A stretch of 32,000 bases of DNA from Planctomycetales bacterium (GCA_022646745.1 CP060262.1:2490001-2522000), one strand, 5' to 3'. Shown: positions 1 through 8,997, numbered from the stretch's first letter. The notes: generated by a model not told the origin, from the sequence alone. Numbers and translations are program-made.

Positions 1-1397
1 GCGCCGTAGTACTGCAGGTTGGATGCACTGTTCAGCGCTGCCTTGATGTCCCAGTCCGGCTTGCTTTCGCCTGTGGTGCTGGTGAAGCAGCTCAGCCAGC
101 TCAGCGTATCGGTCGCTGTGACGTGAACCAGCCCGGGATGCCCGTCAGCCCACAGCAGGCCCACGGGGCTGAGCAGCTGGTTGCCGCTGCCCTCCAGCAG
201 GTTGACGTACTGGATCCAGTCCACCGGCCCGTCCCCGAGCACGCTGGTGCTGCGCAGATAGCTGACGCGATCATTGCCAAGGTCGTAGTAGCCGATCGCC
301 GGGTTGCCGCCGACCACCTGCAGTTGCGGGTAGTAGCCGGTGTCACCGCCGGATTCGATCGTGCGCTCATGCCAGTCCGCGCTGTGCATTCCGTCCGCGC
401 TGTCACTGTACGCATAGCGCAGTTCGTCAAAGCTGCCCGCCACCTGGTAGGCGATTGCCGGCTTGCCCTGCACCTCGGCAAGCGAGCTGCCCTCACCGGC
501 CCGGAAGTCATTGTCAACTTCCACAGCTGCCCCCCAGTTCGCCGGGGCCTTGCCGTGCACTGTGCTGCTGCGTACGTACTTCAGCGTGGAGCTGTCGCCA
601 TCCTGGTAGGCCACGGCCGGGTTGCCGCCGATCACCGCCAGGTCGGGATTGGACCCCCCGGCCGGATTGTCATTGATGGCGATGCTGAACCAGTCATCGG
701 GGTACAGGCCAAGCTCGGTCAGGCTGTAGGCATAGACGAGTTCTGAAGTGGTCGGACTGAGGTAGCGGCGTGAGATGATCGCCGGCCTGCCGTCAACTTC
801 TGCGATGCGGCACTGGCGTCCGACGTCACCCTCAGTCACGACCGGGAACACGTGCCAGCCGAGCTTGTTGACCGTGGTCGCCAGGTTGTTGGCAATGATC
901 TTGGAACCGCGTGTGGCGATCACCGCAATGTAGACATTCTTGGCCGGGGAGGCGTGCTTGAACAGGTCAACGCTGATGGTCTGCGTGCCGTCGGCAGCCG
1001 CAATGAAGTCCCAGCGTCCTGTTTCGTAATTGGAAATACCGATGTATCCGCTGTCCTCCGGGCCGAGCACGAGCTCCGGGCTGATCTCCAGCAGGGCGTC
1101 ATTCGTCGGCGGGAACTGCCAGATCGCCCAGGCCGGGACGAAGGCATTGGACTGCAGGATCGCCACTTCATTCAGGACCTGCACCCGTGGCGGCCCGGTG
1201 GAATCGATGAATGCACTGCCGTCAATCACGGCGCTGTATGGTTCGGAGATTTCCCTGCCAACGGGAATGCCGGGCAGGGGGATCGCGCTGTCCTCAGACC
1301 GGATGGGCGTTCCAATGGGCTCCACAGTGCGGTGCGAACATGACAATGAGCATGGAATCAGCAGCAGAAAAAACACAGCCAGCAGTCTCGGCTTCAT
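1..1397 (-). CDS. Secreted (possibly lipo-) protein with recurring G-[NK]-P-A-[IV]-x-Y units, beta-propeller-like; 3' end runs off the window
   Basis: Absent from the ORF track because it has no stop in the window. The reverse-strand ATG is at 1395-1397. Hand translation starts MKPRLLAVFFLLLIPCSLSCSHRTVEP... and stays open down to position 3. The hydrophobic N-terminus contains Cys residues. Repeats DGRPAIISRRY, GGNPAVAYQDG, QGKPAIAYQVAG and GGNPAIGYYDLG recur roughly every 45-55 aa. Confidence 0.75.
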   Translation of the reverse strand, partial: MKPRLLAVFFLLLIPCSLSCSHRTVEPIGTPIRSEDSAIPLPGIPVGREISEPYSAVIDGSAFIDSTGPPRVQVLNEVAILQSNAFVPAWAIWQFPPTNDALLEISPELVLGPEDSGYIGISNYETGRWDFIAAADGTQTISVDLFKHASPAKNVYIAVIATRGSKIIANNLATTVNKLGWHVFPVVTEGDVGRQCRIAEVDGRPAIISRRYLSPTTSELVYAYSLTELGLYPDDWFSIAINDNPAGGSNPDLAVIGGNPAVAYQDGDSSTLKYVRSSTVHGKAPANWGAAVEVDNDFRAGEGSSLAEVQGKPAIAYQVAGSFDELRYAYSDSADGMHSADWHERTIESGGDTGYYPQLQVVGGNPAIGYYDLGNDRVSYLRSTSVLGDGPVDWIQYVNLLEGSGNQLLSPVGLLWADGHPGLVHVTATDTLSWLSCFTSTTGESKPDWDIKAALNSASNLQYYG

Positions 1398-1494
1398 ATG
1401 CAACTCCCTGGATTGTCGATCAGGCCGACTTGCCCTGAGGGGGCATTATAGCCCAGCGAGCGGACTGCCAGGCCGCTGCAGCAGGCTTTGCTGC

Positions 1495-2082
1495 TCAGTC
1501 GGGCCTGTTGCCAGTTTCGCCTTCGGATTCGGATGAAACTGCCTTGTCCCCATCCAGCTCAGCCTGCATCTCTTCGCGCACTTCCTCGCGTGTGCGGCTG
1601 GCGCGCTGCTCAATCTGCTGCAGCAGGTATTCGATGCTGTAGCGCTTCTCAAGCGCGCTTTGCAGCTTGCTGAGTTGCTCGGGGGTGATGTAGCCGACAC
1701 CGAGCTTCATCATCAGCCAGCGCATGAACTCGTAACTGATGTCATGCAGCGGCTCCACGATCTTCACCAGCTGGCTGCCGGTGAAGTTCAGGTGCCGGTG
1801 GCTCTCGATCCAGAGGATCGCAGGAGTGCTCATCCCGCGGCGGTCGATGATCTCCGCAATGTTCTGCAGCACTTCCTTCTCCTCGGCGCTGAGGCTGTCC
1901 TCGGAGAATTCCTCGATCGCGAAGGCATAGCGCAGCCAGGCCATGATGCCCTTCGGCTTCTCCTGCTGCTCCAGCTCCGCCTGCGGCTGTTCGTTGTCAG
2001 TCACCACTGCGATTATATCCGTGGACCCCACAGGCGGCCTGCCTGTGACAGAAAAGCGCAATGGCCCCTTTGGGAGGGCCAC
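1495..2082 (-). CDS. Hypothetical protein, acidic C-terminus; start uncertain (alternative Met at 1944)
   Basis: 195-aa ORF in the same orientation as the flanking minus-strand genes, with GC3-rich codon usage. I recognise no family motif. Confidence 0.6.
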   Translation of the reverse strand: MALPKGPLRFSVTGRPPVGSTDIIAVVTDNEQPQAELEQQEKPKGIMAWLRYAFAIEEFSEDSLSAEEKEVLQNIAEIIDRRGMSTPAILWIESHRHLNFTGSQLVKIVEPLHDISYEFMRWLMMKLGVGYITPEQLSKLQSALEKRYSIEYLLQQIEQRASRTREEVREEMQAELDGDKAVSSESEGETGNRPD

Positions 2083-2127
2083 TGCAGGTGTACTAAAGGC
2101 TTATGCGAATAGGATGGTTATGCGTGG

Positions 2128-2292
2128 TTACATGGGCATCAGGCCCGTCATCGTGGCGGAGAGGGCGGTGCGCACTTCCTCGGCGGCACCGAAGCTGAAC
2201 AGCCCGATAACGGTGATCACTGAGACCACCACGAGTACCGCGATTGCCATTTTCTGGATCGTTTCAATGCCGCTTTCCCTGTTGCTGTTCAT
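2128..2292 (-). CDS. Small single-pass membrane protein
   Basis: I prefer the internal ATG at 2290-2292 because AAGGAG lies about 9 nt upstream on the minus strand. The product MNSNRESGIETIQKMAIAVLVVVSVITVIGLFSF... has one clear transmembrane helix. Confidence 0.55.
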   Translation of the reverse strand: MNSNRESGIETIQKMAIAVLVVVSVITVIGLFSFGAAEEVRTALSATMTGLMPM

Positions 2293-2375
2293 GACTCTCT
2301 TCTCCTTGATGGAATGCGGTCCGGGATTTCCCAAACCAGATGGGATACCCCGGGCCGCTGGAGTCTAAACAGTTC

Positions 2376-2942
2376 TCAGGAAATATTCTCGGCAGGCTTC
2401 GGATTCGCAGTGTAGTCCACCCGCTTGAGCGGCAGGCTGCTGCGGTCCAGCTCGGTCGGTTCAGCCTGCTCGGCCTCCCCGGCGCTGTTGATGCCACGGT
2501 GGAATTCACCGCTCAGCACATAGCCCGAGCCATAGTCATTGCGCTGCGAGAATACGGTGATGTAGTAGATGCCGGGCGTCAGCCAGGCGTCGACGTTCTC
2601 GTAGCGGCCGTAGCCCTCCGAGGAGTCGATCTCGTAGCGGTCGTCCTCCAGTGTGAGGTCGAGGTCGCCACTGCGGTAGTCGTCAACGGCCATCGTGATG
2701 TGCACGGTGCCGGACTGGCGCAGTTCGAAGTAGAACTTGTCAACATTGTCACCGTAGCCGCCGCAGTAACCGTCCACTCCGTAGAACGGGAAGGACGGGA
2801 TGTAGTCCGCGTAGTAGTCGGTGTCATTCGGTTCGTTCTCGTAATCCCCCGAGGGATTGCGCGGTGGGACTTCAATTGTCGCCCTGCAACCTGCAAGGAC
2901 ACTCAGGGTGGTCAGAATCGCCAGAAGATATGCATACTTCAT
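2376..2942 (-). CDS. Lipoprotein with pre-peptidase C-terminal (PPC)-like domain
   Basis: Signal peptide with canonical lipobox LAGC (MKYAYLLAILTTLSVLAGC). ENEPNDT motif followed by a beta-rich domain typical of PPC/collagenase-type domains. GAGGAG Shine-Dalgarno lies upstream of the ATG at 2942. Confidence 0.7.
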   Translation of the reverse strand: MKYAYLLAILTTLSVLAGCRATIEVPPRNPSGDYENEPNDTDYYADYIPSFPFYGVDGYCGGYGDNVDKFYFELRQSGTVHITMAVDDYRSGDLDLTLEDDRYEIDSSEGYGRYENVDAWLTPGIYYITVFSQRNDYGSGYVLSGEFHRGINSAGEAEQAEPTELDRSSLPLKRVDYTANPKPAENIS

Positions 2943-3050
2943 GGTCGCTCCTCTTTTCGATGTGCAGCCAGCTTGGCCACCATGCGCTGAGACGGATGGT
3001 GTTGCCAGAAGTTCATCACCCCATTATTACTATTCTGATTGGAATGGTTG

Positions 3051-3605
3051 TCAGTCGAAGCTGACCTTCGGCGCTTCGCGGGCGGCCTCGTTCTCCAGCT
3101 CGAAGTACTCCGCCGGGCGGCAGCCAGCCATGCCGGCCACGAGGTTGCTCGGGAACTGCTGCTGCAGGGTGTTGTAGCCGCGCACCACATCGTTGTAGTG
3201 CTGGCGGGAGTAGGCGATCTTGTTCTCGATGCTGGCCAGCTCCTGCTGCAGCATCAGGAAGTTCTGGTTGGCCTTCAGGTCGGGATAGGCCTCGCTCAGG
3301 GCGAAGATGCTCTTCAGCGCGCCGGTCAGCATGTTCTCGGCTTCCTGCTGGTCATGCACGCCACTGGCATTCATTGCCATGTTGCGGGCCTGGATCACCT
3401 TTTCAAGGGTGTCCTGCTCATGCTTGGCATAGCCCTTCACCGTTTCCACGAGGTTCGGGATCAGGTCGTAGCGCTTCTGCAGCTGCACATCCACCTGGCG
3501 CCAGCTTGACTCCACGCCATTGCGCAGTCCGACGAGCTTGTTGTAGGCACCGACCAGCACGATCACGAGGATCACGACGACTACGAGGACGATTATCAGT
3601 GGCAT
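3051..3605 (-). CDS. lemA: LemA family protein
   Basis: N-terminal transmembrane helix followed by YNKLVGLRNGVESSWRQVDVQLQKRYDLIPNLVETVKGYAKHE and, later, YNDVVRGYNTLQQQFPSNLVA, which is the LemA signature layout. GGAGGA Shine-Dalgarno upstream. Confidence 0.9.
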   Translation of the reverse strand: MPLIIVLVVVVILVIVLVGAYNKLVGLRNGVESSWRQVDVQLQKRYDLIPNLVETVKGYAKHEQDTLEKVIQARNMAMNASGVHDQQEAENMLTGALKSIFALSEAYPDLKANQNFLMLQQELASIENKIAYSRQHYNDVVRGYNTLQQQFPSNLVAGMAGCRPAEYFELENEAAREAPKVSFD

Positions 3606-3760
3606 TTGCAGGTTTCCTCCGTGGAATGGCGAGAGTTTAGCACTTGCGGTGCGACCTCATAAGTAATCAGACGCAGCTAAATTGCCAGCGGTTTTCTTGA
3701 ACTGGCAAGCGCAGTCAACGTCTTGGCGATTGTGGAAGGGTTTCCGCAAAAGGAGCAGAC

Positions 3761-4468
3761 ATGAAGAAAGCAGGAATCACAATCGCCATAGCTATGGCAG
3801 GGCTGGTGCTGGTCAGCAACCAGGCCCTGTCCTACGGACAGCGCAAGGGCCCTGACCGGATCGGTGACGACCTCGACAGGGTGCTGCATGACCTCAGCGA
3901 TGAGCGCAGCATGAACCGCTACGAGATAAACGAGCTGCGTGACGACCTGGCGGAGATCCGCTGGCAGCTCGCCGAGCTGGAGGACAACTGGCAACCCGCA
4001 TGCAAGGGCTGCGGGCACTGTGACTACTGCTCCTGGGGTGGCAACAGCCACCGCGACAACGGAAGATACGACAGCGACTGGAAGGACTACGGCAACGGCC
4101 GGCGCAGCCGGCACAGCGGGTACGGCAACTTCGATGGCTGGGGTGCCAACGCCCACATCGACTACGACCTCGGTGACTACGGCGAGCTGCACGTGCACGT
4201 CAGCAACGACTACCGTGGCAACGACTACCAGGCGGACTGGGTGATTGACAACGCATGGGGCGCCAACGCGCGCTTCGAGATCCAGCGCCAGGACCGAGGC
4301 GACATCTACGTGGTCGTCAATGACGACTACGGCCACCGCCGCTTCCGCCTCGACAAGGGCGGGCTCGGCAGCAAGGTCTACTACGACGGCGATCTCTGCC
4401 CGTCGGACGCCTGGGACAGCTACAGGCGCAAGCCGCAGAAGCAGTCCAAGCCCCGCTACAGGCACTGA
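3761..4468 (+). CDS. Secreted hypothetical protein: signal peptide, short coiled coil, Cys cluster, Asp/Tyr/Gly-rich beta domain
   Basis: AAGGAG lies 7 nt upstream of the ATG. The signal peptide is MKKAGITIAIAMAGLVLVSNQALS. The C-terminal domain is paralogous to that of the next gene (see findings). Confidence 0.8.
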   Translation: MKKAGITIAIAMAGLVLVSNQALSYGQRKGPDRIGDDLDRVLHDLSDERSMNRYEINELRDDLAEIRWQLAELEDNWQPACKGCGHCDYCSWGGNSHRDNGRYDSDWKDYGNGRRSRHSGYGNFDGWGANAHIDYDLGDYGELHVHVSNDYRGNDYQADWVIDNAWGANARFEIQRQDRGDIYVVVNDDYGHRRFRLDKGGLGSKVYYDGDLCPSDAWDSYRRKPQKQSKPRYRH

Positions 4469-4485
4469 TCGGCTGATCCATCCTG

Positions 4486-4526
4486 CTGCCCCGTCCGGAA
4501 GCGTCCGGGCGGGGCAGTTCCTTTTT
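4486..4526 (+). terminator. Rho-independent terminator
   Basis: Stem CTGCCCCG (4486-4493) pairs with CGGGGCAG (4510-4517), with further inner pairing, followed by TTCCTTTTT. It sits 18 nt after the stop of the 3761-4468 gene. Confidence 0.7.
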
Positions 4527-4590
4527 ATCCGCATGCCCCCGCCGGTCGAATAACTTGCAGGGGCTGACCGCCCCGTACATGGAGAAGGCA

Positions 4591-5508
4591 ATGAGTTTTC
4601 CGCAGTATCTGACACGTGGCTTCCTGCTGCTCACGGCGCTCATCGCGCTGGCCGTCCCGGCCCAGGCCGAGGAAGTCAGCGGCAGCGACACCGGCGATGC
4701 GATCAACCGCATCCAGCGCAAGATTGAGGAGATGGCCGGTGTGCTCGCCCTCAGCAAGACCCTTGATGAGGAGCAGACCCGCGCCCTGATTGACGACCTT
4801 GCCGAACTGCACAATGAGGTGAAGGCACTCAGGCAGGCCAATGACCTGATGATGGTCGCACTGCGTGAAGCCATCAAGCAGCGCGCTGCGGAACAGCAGG
4901 CCGAGGCCCAGCAGGCTCCGGTGCAGCAGGAACAGCCCCCGGTGCAACAGGAAGTGGTTCCGCAGCAGGAACCCGTGCAGCAGCAGCCGGTGCAGCAGGA
5001 AACTCCCCAGCAGCAGCCGGTGCAGCAGGAAACTCCCCAGCAGCAGCCGGTGCAGCAGGAAACTCCCCAGCAGCAGCCCGTGCAGCAGGAAACTCCCCAG
5101 CAGCAGCCCGTGCAGGCGGATCCACCTGCAACTGATCCGGAGGCAGGCACGACCCAGCCTCAGAAGGTATATGACCAGTGGCAGCCCTACCTGGACTTCA
5201 AGCTAGAATCCACCCCGCAGGATGCGACCTACAACGGCTGGGTGGCGGATTCCTCGATTGACCTGCTGTGGGGCGAGTACGGCCAGATGATCATCAAGGT
5301 CAACAACGGCTACACGGCCAGCTGGACCATCGAGAACTCATACACGGGCACTGCTGACCCCAATATAGATACAAAGGCTGGTGGTGAAATCATCGTGCAG
5401 ATCCGCGATGACGAGGGCCTGCGGGAGTACTCACTGCGCAACGGCGGCCTCGGCCCGATCTTCATGCGCTGGATCAGCGAGACGCCGGTTGCCGGCAACC
5501 CCGCCTGA
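4591..5508 (+). CDS. Secreted hypothetical protein with a Gln/Pro-rich decapeptide repeat; paralog of the 3761-4468 gene
   Basis: I prefer the ATG at 4591 because GGAGAAGG lies just upstream. The signal peptide is MSFPQYLTRGFLLLTALIALAVPAQA. A coiled-coil segment is followed by QQQPVQQETP repeated about 4.5 times, then a C-terminal domain related to the upstream gene. Confidence 0.8.
   Translation: MSFPQYLTRGFLLLTALIALAVPAQAEEVSGSDTGDAINRIQRKIEEMAGVLALSKTLDEEQTRALIDDLAELHNEVKALRQANDLMMVALREAIKQRAAEQQAEAQQAPVQQEQPPVQQEVVPQQEPVQQQPVQQETPQQQPVQQETPQQQPVQQETPQQQPVQQETPQQQPVQADPPATDPEAGTTQPQKVYDQWQPYLDFKLESTPQDATYNGWVADSSIDLLWGEYGQMIIKVNNGYTASWTIENSYTGTADPNIDTKAGGEIIVQIRDDEGLREYSLRNGGLGPIFMRWISETPVAGNPA
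4981..5115 (+). repeat. In-frame 30-bp tandem repeat, about 4.5 copies, inside a CDS
   Basis: The unit CAGCAGCCGGTGCAGCAGGAAACTCCCCAG starts at 4981, 5011, 5041 and 5071, with a half copy at 5101. The last copies differ by one base (CCG to CCC). More degenerate copies lie upstream from about 4909. Confidence 0.9.
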
Positions 5509-5544
5509 GCCTGATGCGGGGAATTCCGTTGATAATCGTGAAAC

Positions 5545-5573
5545 TTGACGGCAAGGCCTTTGGAGCCTAATAT
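5545..5573 (+). promoter_or_regulatory. Sigma70-type promoter for coaD, probably giving a leaderless mRNA
   Basis: TTGACG (5545-5550), a 17-bp spacer, then TAATAT (5568-5573). The coaD ATG at 5581 begins 8 nt after the -10 hexamer, and there is no Shine-Dalgarno. Confidence 0.6.
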
Positions 5574-5580
5574 TTCCGCC

Positions 5581-6060
5581 ATGGCCACGGCCGTCTACGC
5601 TGGAACCTTTGATCCGGTGACCTACGGGCATCTCGACATCATCAAGAGGGCCGGGCAGGTCTTCGACCGGCTGATCATCGCGACCACTGAATCCCACTCC
5701 AAGAACCCGATGTTCTCGCTCGCCGAGCGCATGGACCTGCTGCGCCAGAGTGTGGATGAGATCGACGGGAACATCCAGGTGGAGAGCTTCACGGGCCTGC
5801 TTGTGGACTTCGCCCGCCGGAAAGAGGCCAGCGTGCTCGTACGCGGTCTGCGGGCCGCCGGGGATTTTGACTATGAGTTCCAGATGGCCATGATGAACCG
5901 CGCGCTGGCACCGGAGATTGAGACAAGTTTCTTCGTCACGAACCCCAGCTACATGTTCGTCTCCAGCAGCCTGATCAGGGAGATTGCGGCAGCCGGCGGG
6001 CCACTTGATGAGTTCGTGACTCCTCTGGTCCGGGATGCTATAATTTCCAGATTGGGTTAG
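5581..6060 (+). CDS. coaD: Phosphopantetheine adenylyltransferase
   Basis: MATAVYAGTFDPVTYGHLDIIKRA contains the nucleotidyltransferase T/HxGH motif. It has the typical approximately 160-aa length and VSSSLIREIA near the C-terminus. The upstream extension to 5545 in the ORF track overlaps the promoter and is rejected. Confidence 0.9.
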   Translation: MATAVYAGTFDPVTYGHLDIIKRAGQVFDRLIIATTESHSKNPMFSLAERMDLLRQSVDEIDGNIQVESFTGLLVDFARRKEASVLVRGLRAAGDFDYEFQMAMMNRALAPEIETSFFVTNPSYMFVSSSLIREIAAAGGPLDEFVTPLVRDAIISRLG

Positions 6061-6108
6061 TGCGGGTCAGACCGTGCGCCCTGCCATTTTCTGAAGGTTG
6101 AGATTGAA

Positions 6109-6669
6109 ATGCAGTCGAAGGACCCGCTGAATGAGATCGAACAGCTCCTTGATGAGCTGGAGTCGTTCGCGGAGAAGACCCCCTGGTACCTCGGCAACCG
6201 CATTGCAATCGGAGACGAAGACTTCTTCAGAATCACCAGAAGCATCCGTGAGCTCCTGCCCCAGGAACTTTCGGAGGCCCGCAAGGTGCTGGAAAAACAG
6301 GACCTGATCCTCAAGAACGCCAAGGAGGAGCACAAGCGGATCATCGATACCGCTGAGCGCCGCCTTGAGGACCTCACAAATGAGGAACAGGTCGTGATCA
6401 TAGCCAAGCAGCAGGCGGAGCATATCCGCGAGAAGGCACGCATGGAAGGTGAAAGCCTCAAGCGTGACGCACTGCTGTATACCACTGAACTGCTGGAGGA
6501 CATGGAACGGCAGTTCGTGGAGACGGTGGAGACCCTCCAGAAGGGCCGTGCGATACTTGAATCCGAGATCGGAAAGAGTGTCCAGGCCAATATGGAAGCG
6601 GTCGAAGATGATGATTACGAGCCGCCAGCCCCTCCTCTCGAGGAAGGACAGGCGGAATCCGGGACGTAG
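6109..6669 (+). CDS. Coiled-coil hypothetical protein with acidic tail
   Basis: 186-aa ORF rich in charged heptad-like sequence (KVLEKQDLILKNAKEEHKRIIDTAERRLEDL...). It has a loose resemblance to ATP-synthase b/H-type stalk proteins, but I cannot assign a family. Confidence 0.6.
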   Translation: MQSKDPLNEIEQLLDELESFAEKTPWYLGNRIAIGDEDFFRITRSIRELLPQELSEARKVLEKQDLILKNAKEEHKRIIDTAERRLEDLTNEEQVVIIAKQQAEHIREKARMEGESLKRDALLYTTELLEDMERQFVETVETLQKGRAILESEIGKSVQANMEAVEDDDYEPPAPPLEEGQAESGT

Positions 6670-6750
6670 GGCGTGTCAATTCCCGCGTCATGGGTATAAA
6701 ATGATTGCGATGGGACGAAGCTAATGCCACAGTTTCACAGAGGTGTTGAT

Positions 6751-8868
6751 ATGCGAATCGGGAATTACAACCGCCTTCTGGCGGTTTTGGTGTTTGTCAT
6801 TCTGGCTATCGGAGTGGCAAGCTGCGGTGGTGGGAGTGACCCGACTACCACCAATCCGGGCGAGATCAACGTAGGCAACAACAACCCGCCTGCGCAGAAT
6901 TTCGATGGCCCGAACCAGTACGACGGCAAGCAGCAGCCGGGAACTGCGGATCCCTTCGATCCCTCCCAGCCGATCCAGCAGAGCCTTGGTTCAAACATCT
7001 TCGCCGTTCCGACCAACAGCACCAACAACGCTCAGCTGCTGGCAAAGAGCTTCTCACCGGGCCAGAAGGTGGCCTTCGTGGCTGTGAACACGAACCCGGC
7101 CTACCTGGACGCCCACTACAACCCGGGCACCCAGAGCAGCCCGAACCTGCCCCAGTCGGCCTACTCCGTCAATGCGGACCTGGTCAGCAAGGGCACTTCC
7201 AGTGTGAACTACACGCTTGCGGACCTGCAGGCCGAGACCCTGCAGTCCCTGGGCGATATCAACAGTTACGCCGGCATGGACTACAGCCATATCCAGATGA
7301 GCCCGACCGCCCTCTATGAGCGCGAGGCCTATGCGAATGGCAATGTCCCCTTCGCTGCGGACGACACCATCAAGAGCACCTCCGCCCTGCAGAAGGGTGA
7401 GGTCCGCTACTTCCTGGCTGCCGAGCCGACCATCCCGCCGCCGACGATCAACCCCGGCCCCGAGGATCCGGAGAAGGACGTCCAGGACCTGCAGTGGCCG
7501 CCCGAGTACCTGTACAGCCAGGCCGGCCGCCTCGTGTCGATCGGTTCGCACTGCTACATCTGGCTGACCACCGAGGTCAACAACGGTAAGCCGGACAACG
7601 TGCAGTACACCGAGGCCCGCCTGAACCGCATGGCCCGTGAGTTCGACACGGTGATCTTCCCGACCCTGACCGAGGCCTTCGGTGAGGTCCAGAACTACGA
7701 TGAGCTCAACGTCTGGAAGGACCTTGACAAGAACGCAGTGCTGACCGGTGACGACTTCGACACCAACGGCGAGCTGCTGACCGAGCTGCCGGGCGAGCCG
7801 GATACCAACCTCCGCTTCGACCAGCGCATCAACATCTTCATCCACAACTCCTTCAACCCCGGCGGTTTCTACACCTGGGGCATCAGCCAGGAGACTGCGG
7901 ATGCACTGCGTGAGCAGGGTCGTGATGACCTGATCGAGCAGCTGGCAAACGTCGGTTCCACGCTCTACATCACTTCCGACAACTTCCCGAACAATGACGA
8001 CTCCTGGGATGCCGCCTTCTCCGTGATGGCGCATGAGTTCCAGCACAAGCTTTACGCTGACAACGGCATGCCGACCCGCCAGCGTGACCCCGAAGCCAAC
8101 TTCAGCTGGCTCAACGAGGGTATGTCCCAGCTTTCGATCCACCTCTGCGGTTACACCGTGAACAGTGGCAAGATCGTCCCCTGGGCCATCACCAACCAGG
8201 TGGTGCCCTACCTGCAGGACATCCAGCACGTGCCCGTGCCGACCGACGGTAACCCGCAGGTTGACACCATCTCCCAGTACGGCGCGACCTTCATGTTCTT
8301 CCTGTACCTGTACGAGCACTACGAGCCCGGCATCGGCAAGCGTATCTACGCTGCCGGCAAGAAGGGTGAGGAAGACCCGATCGCCCTCGTTGAAGTCGGG
8401 GCCCTGCAGAAGGTCGTGACGGACCTCGGCCCGGATGACACCCTCGGCACCGCCGACGATGTGGTCCAGGAAGTGAACGACACCTTCGAGCAGCTGTTCA
8501 CCAAGTACAGCATCGCGAACTTCATCGACGGCATCTACACCCCGCAGACCGCCGACCTGTTCGACCCGCGCTTCCACTACAACACGATTGACCTCAAGGG
8601 TACGATCAACCTCGCCGGCGGCACCGTGGTGCTGCCCGGTGTGAAGACCGGCGTGTTCCCGAGCAACGGTACCTACCCGATCAACTCGATCCACCGTGAG
8701 GTTCGCCCTTGGTGCTCCGATTACATCGTGTTCGGTGGCGGTGACGGCCGCGACCTGCAGATGAACTTCTACACTGACCAGCACATGAAGTTCTTCATGC
8801 TGCCCGTGACCTTCGATCCGGCGCAGAACGCAGTGACCATCACTCCGAATGTGGTGATCAACAACTAG
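6751..8868 (+). CDS. Lipoprotein, gluzincin-type zinc metallopeptidase (HExxH ... WLNEG)
   Basis: I prefer the ATG at 6751 because GAGGTG lies upstream. Lipobox VASC (LAIGVASCGGG). The metal site is MAHEFQHKLY followed 22 residues later by SWLNEGMSQ, a Glu third ligand as in M1/thermolysin-like clans. The exact MEROPS family was not determined. Confidence 0.7.
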   Translation: MRIGNYNRLLAVLVFVILAIGVASCGGGSDPTTTNPGEINVGNNNPPAQNFDGPNQYDGKQQPGTADPFDPSQPIQQSLGSNIFAVPTNSTNNAQLLAKSFSPGQKVAFVAVNTNPAYLDAHYNPGTQSSPNLPQSAYSVNADLVSKGTSSVNYTLADLQAETLQSLGDINSYAGMDYSHIQMSPTALYEREAYANGNVPFAADDTIKSTSALQKGEVRYFLAAEPTIPPPTINPGPEDPEKDVQDLQWPPEYLYSQAGRLVSIGSHCYIWLTTEVNNGKPDNVQYTEARLNRMAREFDTVIFPTLTEAFGEVQNYDELNVWKDLDKNAVLTGDDFDTNGELLTELPGEPDTNLRFDQRINIFIHNSFNPGGFYTWGISQETADALREQGRDDLIEQLANVGSTLYITSDNFPNNDDSWDAAFSVMAHEFQHKLYADNGMPTRQRDPEANFSWLNEGMSQLSIHLCGYTVNSGKIVPWAITNQVVPYLQDIQHVPVPTDGNPQVDTISQYGATFMFFLYLYEHYEPGIGKRIYAAGKKGEEDPIALVEVGALQKVVTDLGPDDTLGTADDVVQEVNDTFEQLFTKYSIANFIDGIYTPQTADLFDPRFHYNTIDLKGTINLAGGTVVLPGVKTGVFPSNGTYPINSIHREVRPWCSDYIVFGGGDGRDLQMNFYTDQHMKFFMLPVTFDPAQNAVTITPNVVINN

Positions 8869-8887
8869 TCTGAACGACTGCAAAACC

Positions 8888-8920
8888 GGCGCCGTCCCAT
8901 GGGGCGGCGCCATTTTTTTT
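8888..8920 (+). terminator. Rho-independent terminator
   Basis: GGCGCCG (8888-8894), loop TCCCATGGGG, CGGCGCC (8905-8911), then A plus a run of 8 T (8913-8920). It starts 20 nt after the stop codon. Confidence 0.9.
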
Positions 8921-8997
8921 GCGCAGATGAGACGGGATTGGCGTGGAAAGTGTCAGAAAGGTAGTATTAACACGGTATCCCTCCAAGGAGCGATTCA

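Noticed and set aside
4981-5115. Regular 30-bp repeats that could be mistaken for a CRISPR array.
   Set aside because: The units are directly adjacent with no spacers. They are in frame and encode the decapeptide QQQPVQQETP inside a secreted protein.
7054-8913. 619-aa minus-strand ORF. Similar long ORFs occur at 3677-4615 (minus), 4317-5150 (minus), 13039-13998 (plus), 14179-15195 (plus), 28576-30039 (minus) and 30910-31812 (minus).
   Set aside because: They are antisense shadows of well-supported genes in a high-GC sequence. Their translations are Arg/Ala/Val/Gly/His-rich low-complexity strings with no motifs, while the opposite strand carries recognisable domains (HExxH peptidase, ABC ATPase, methyltransferase, TolB-like propeller, ArgRS).
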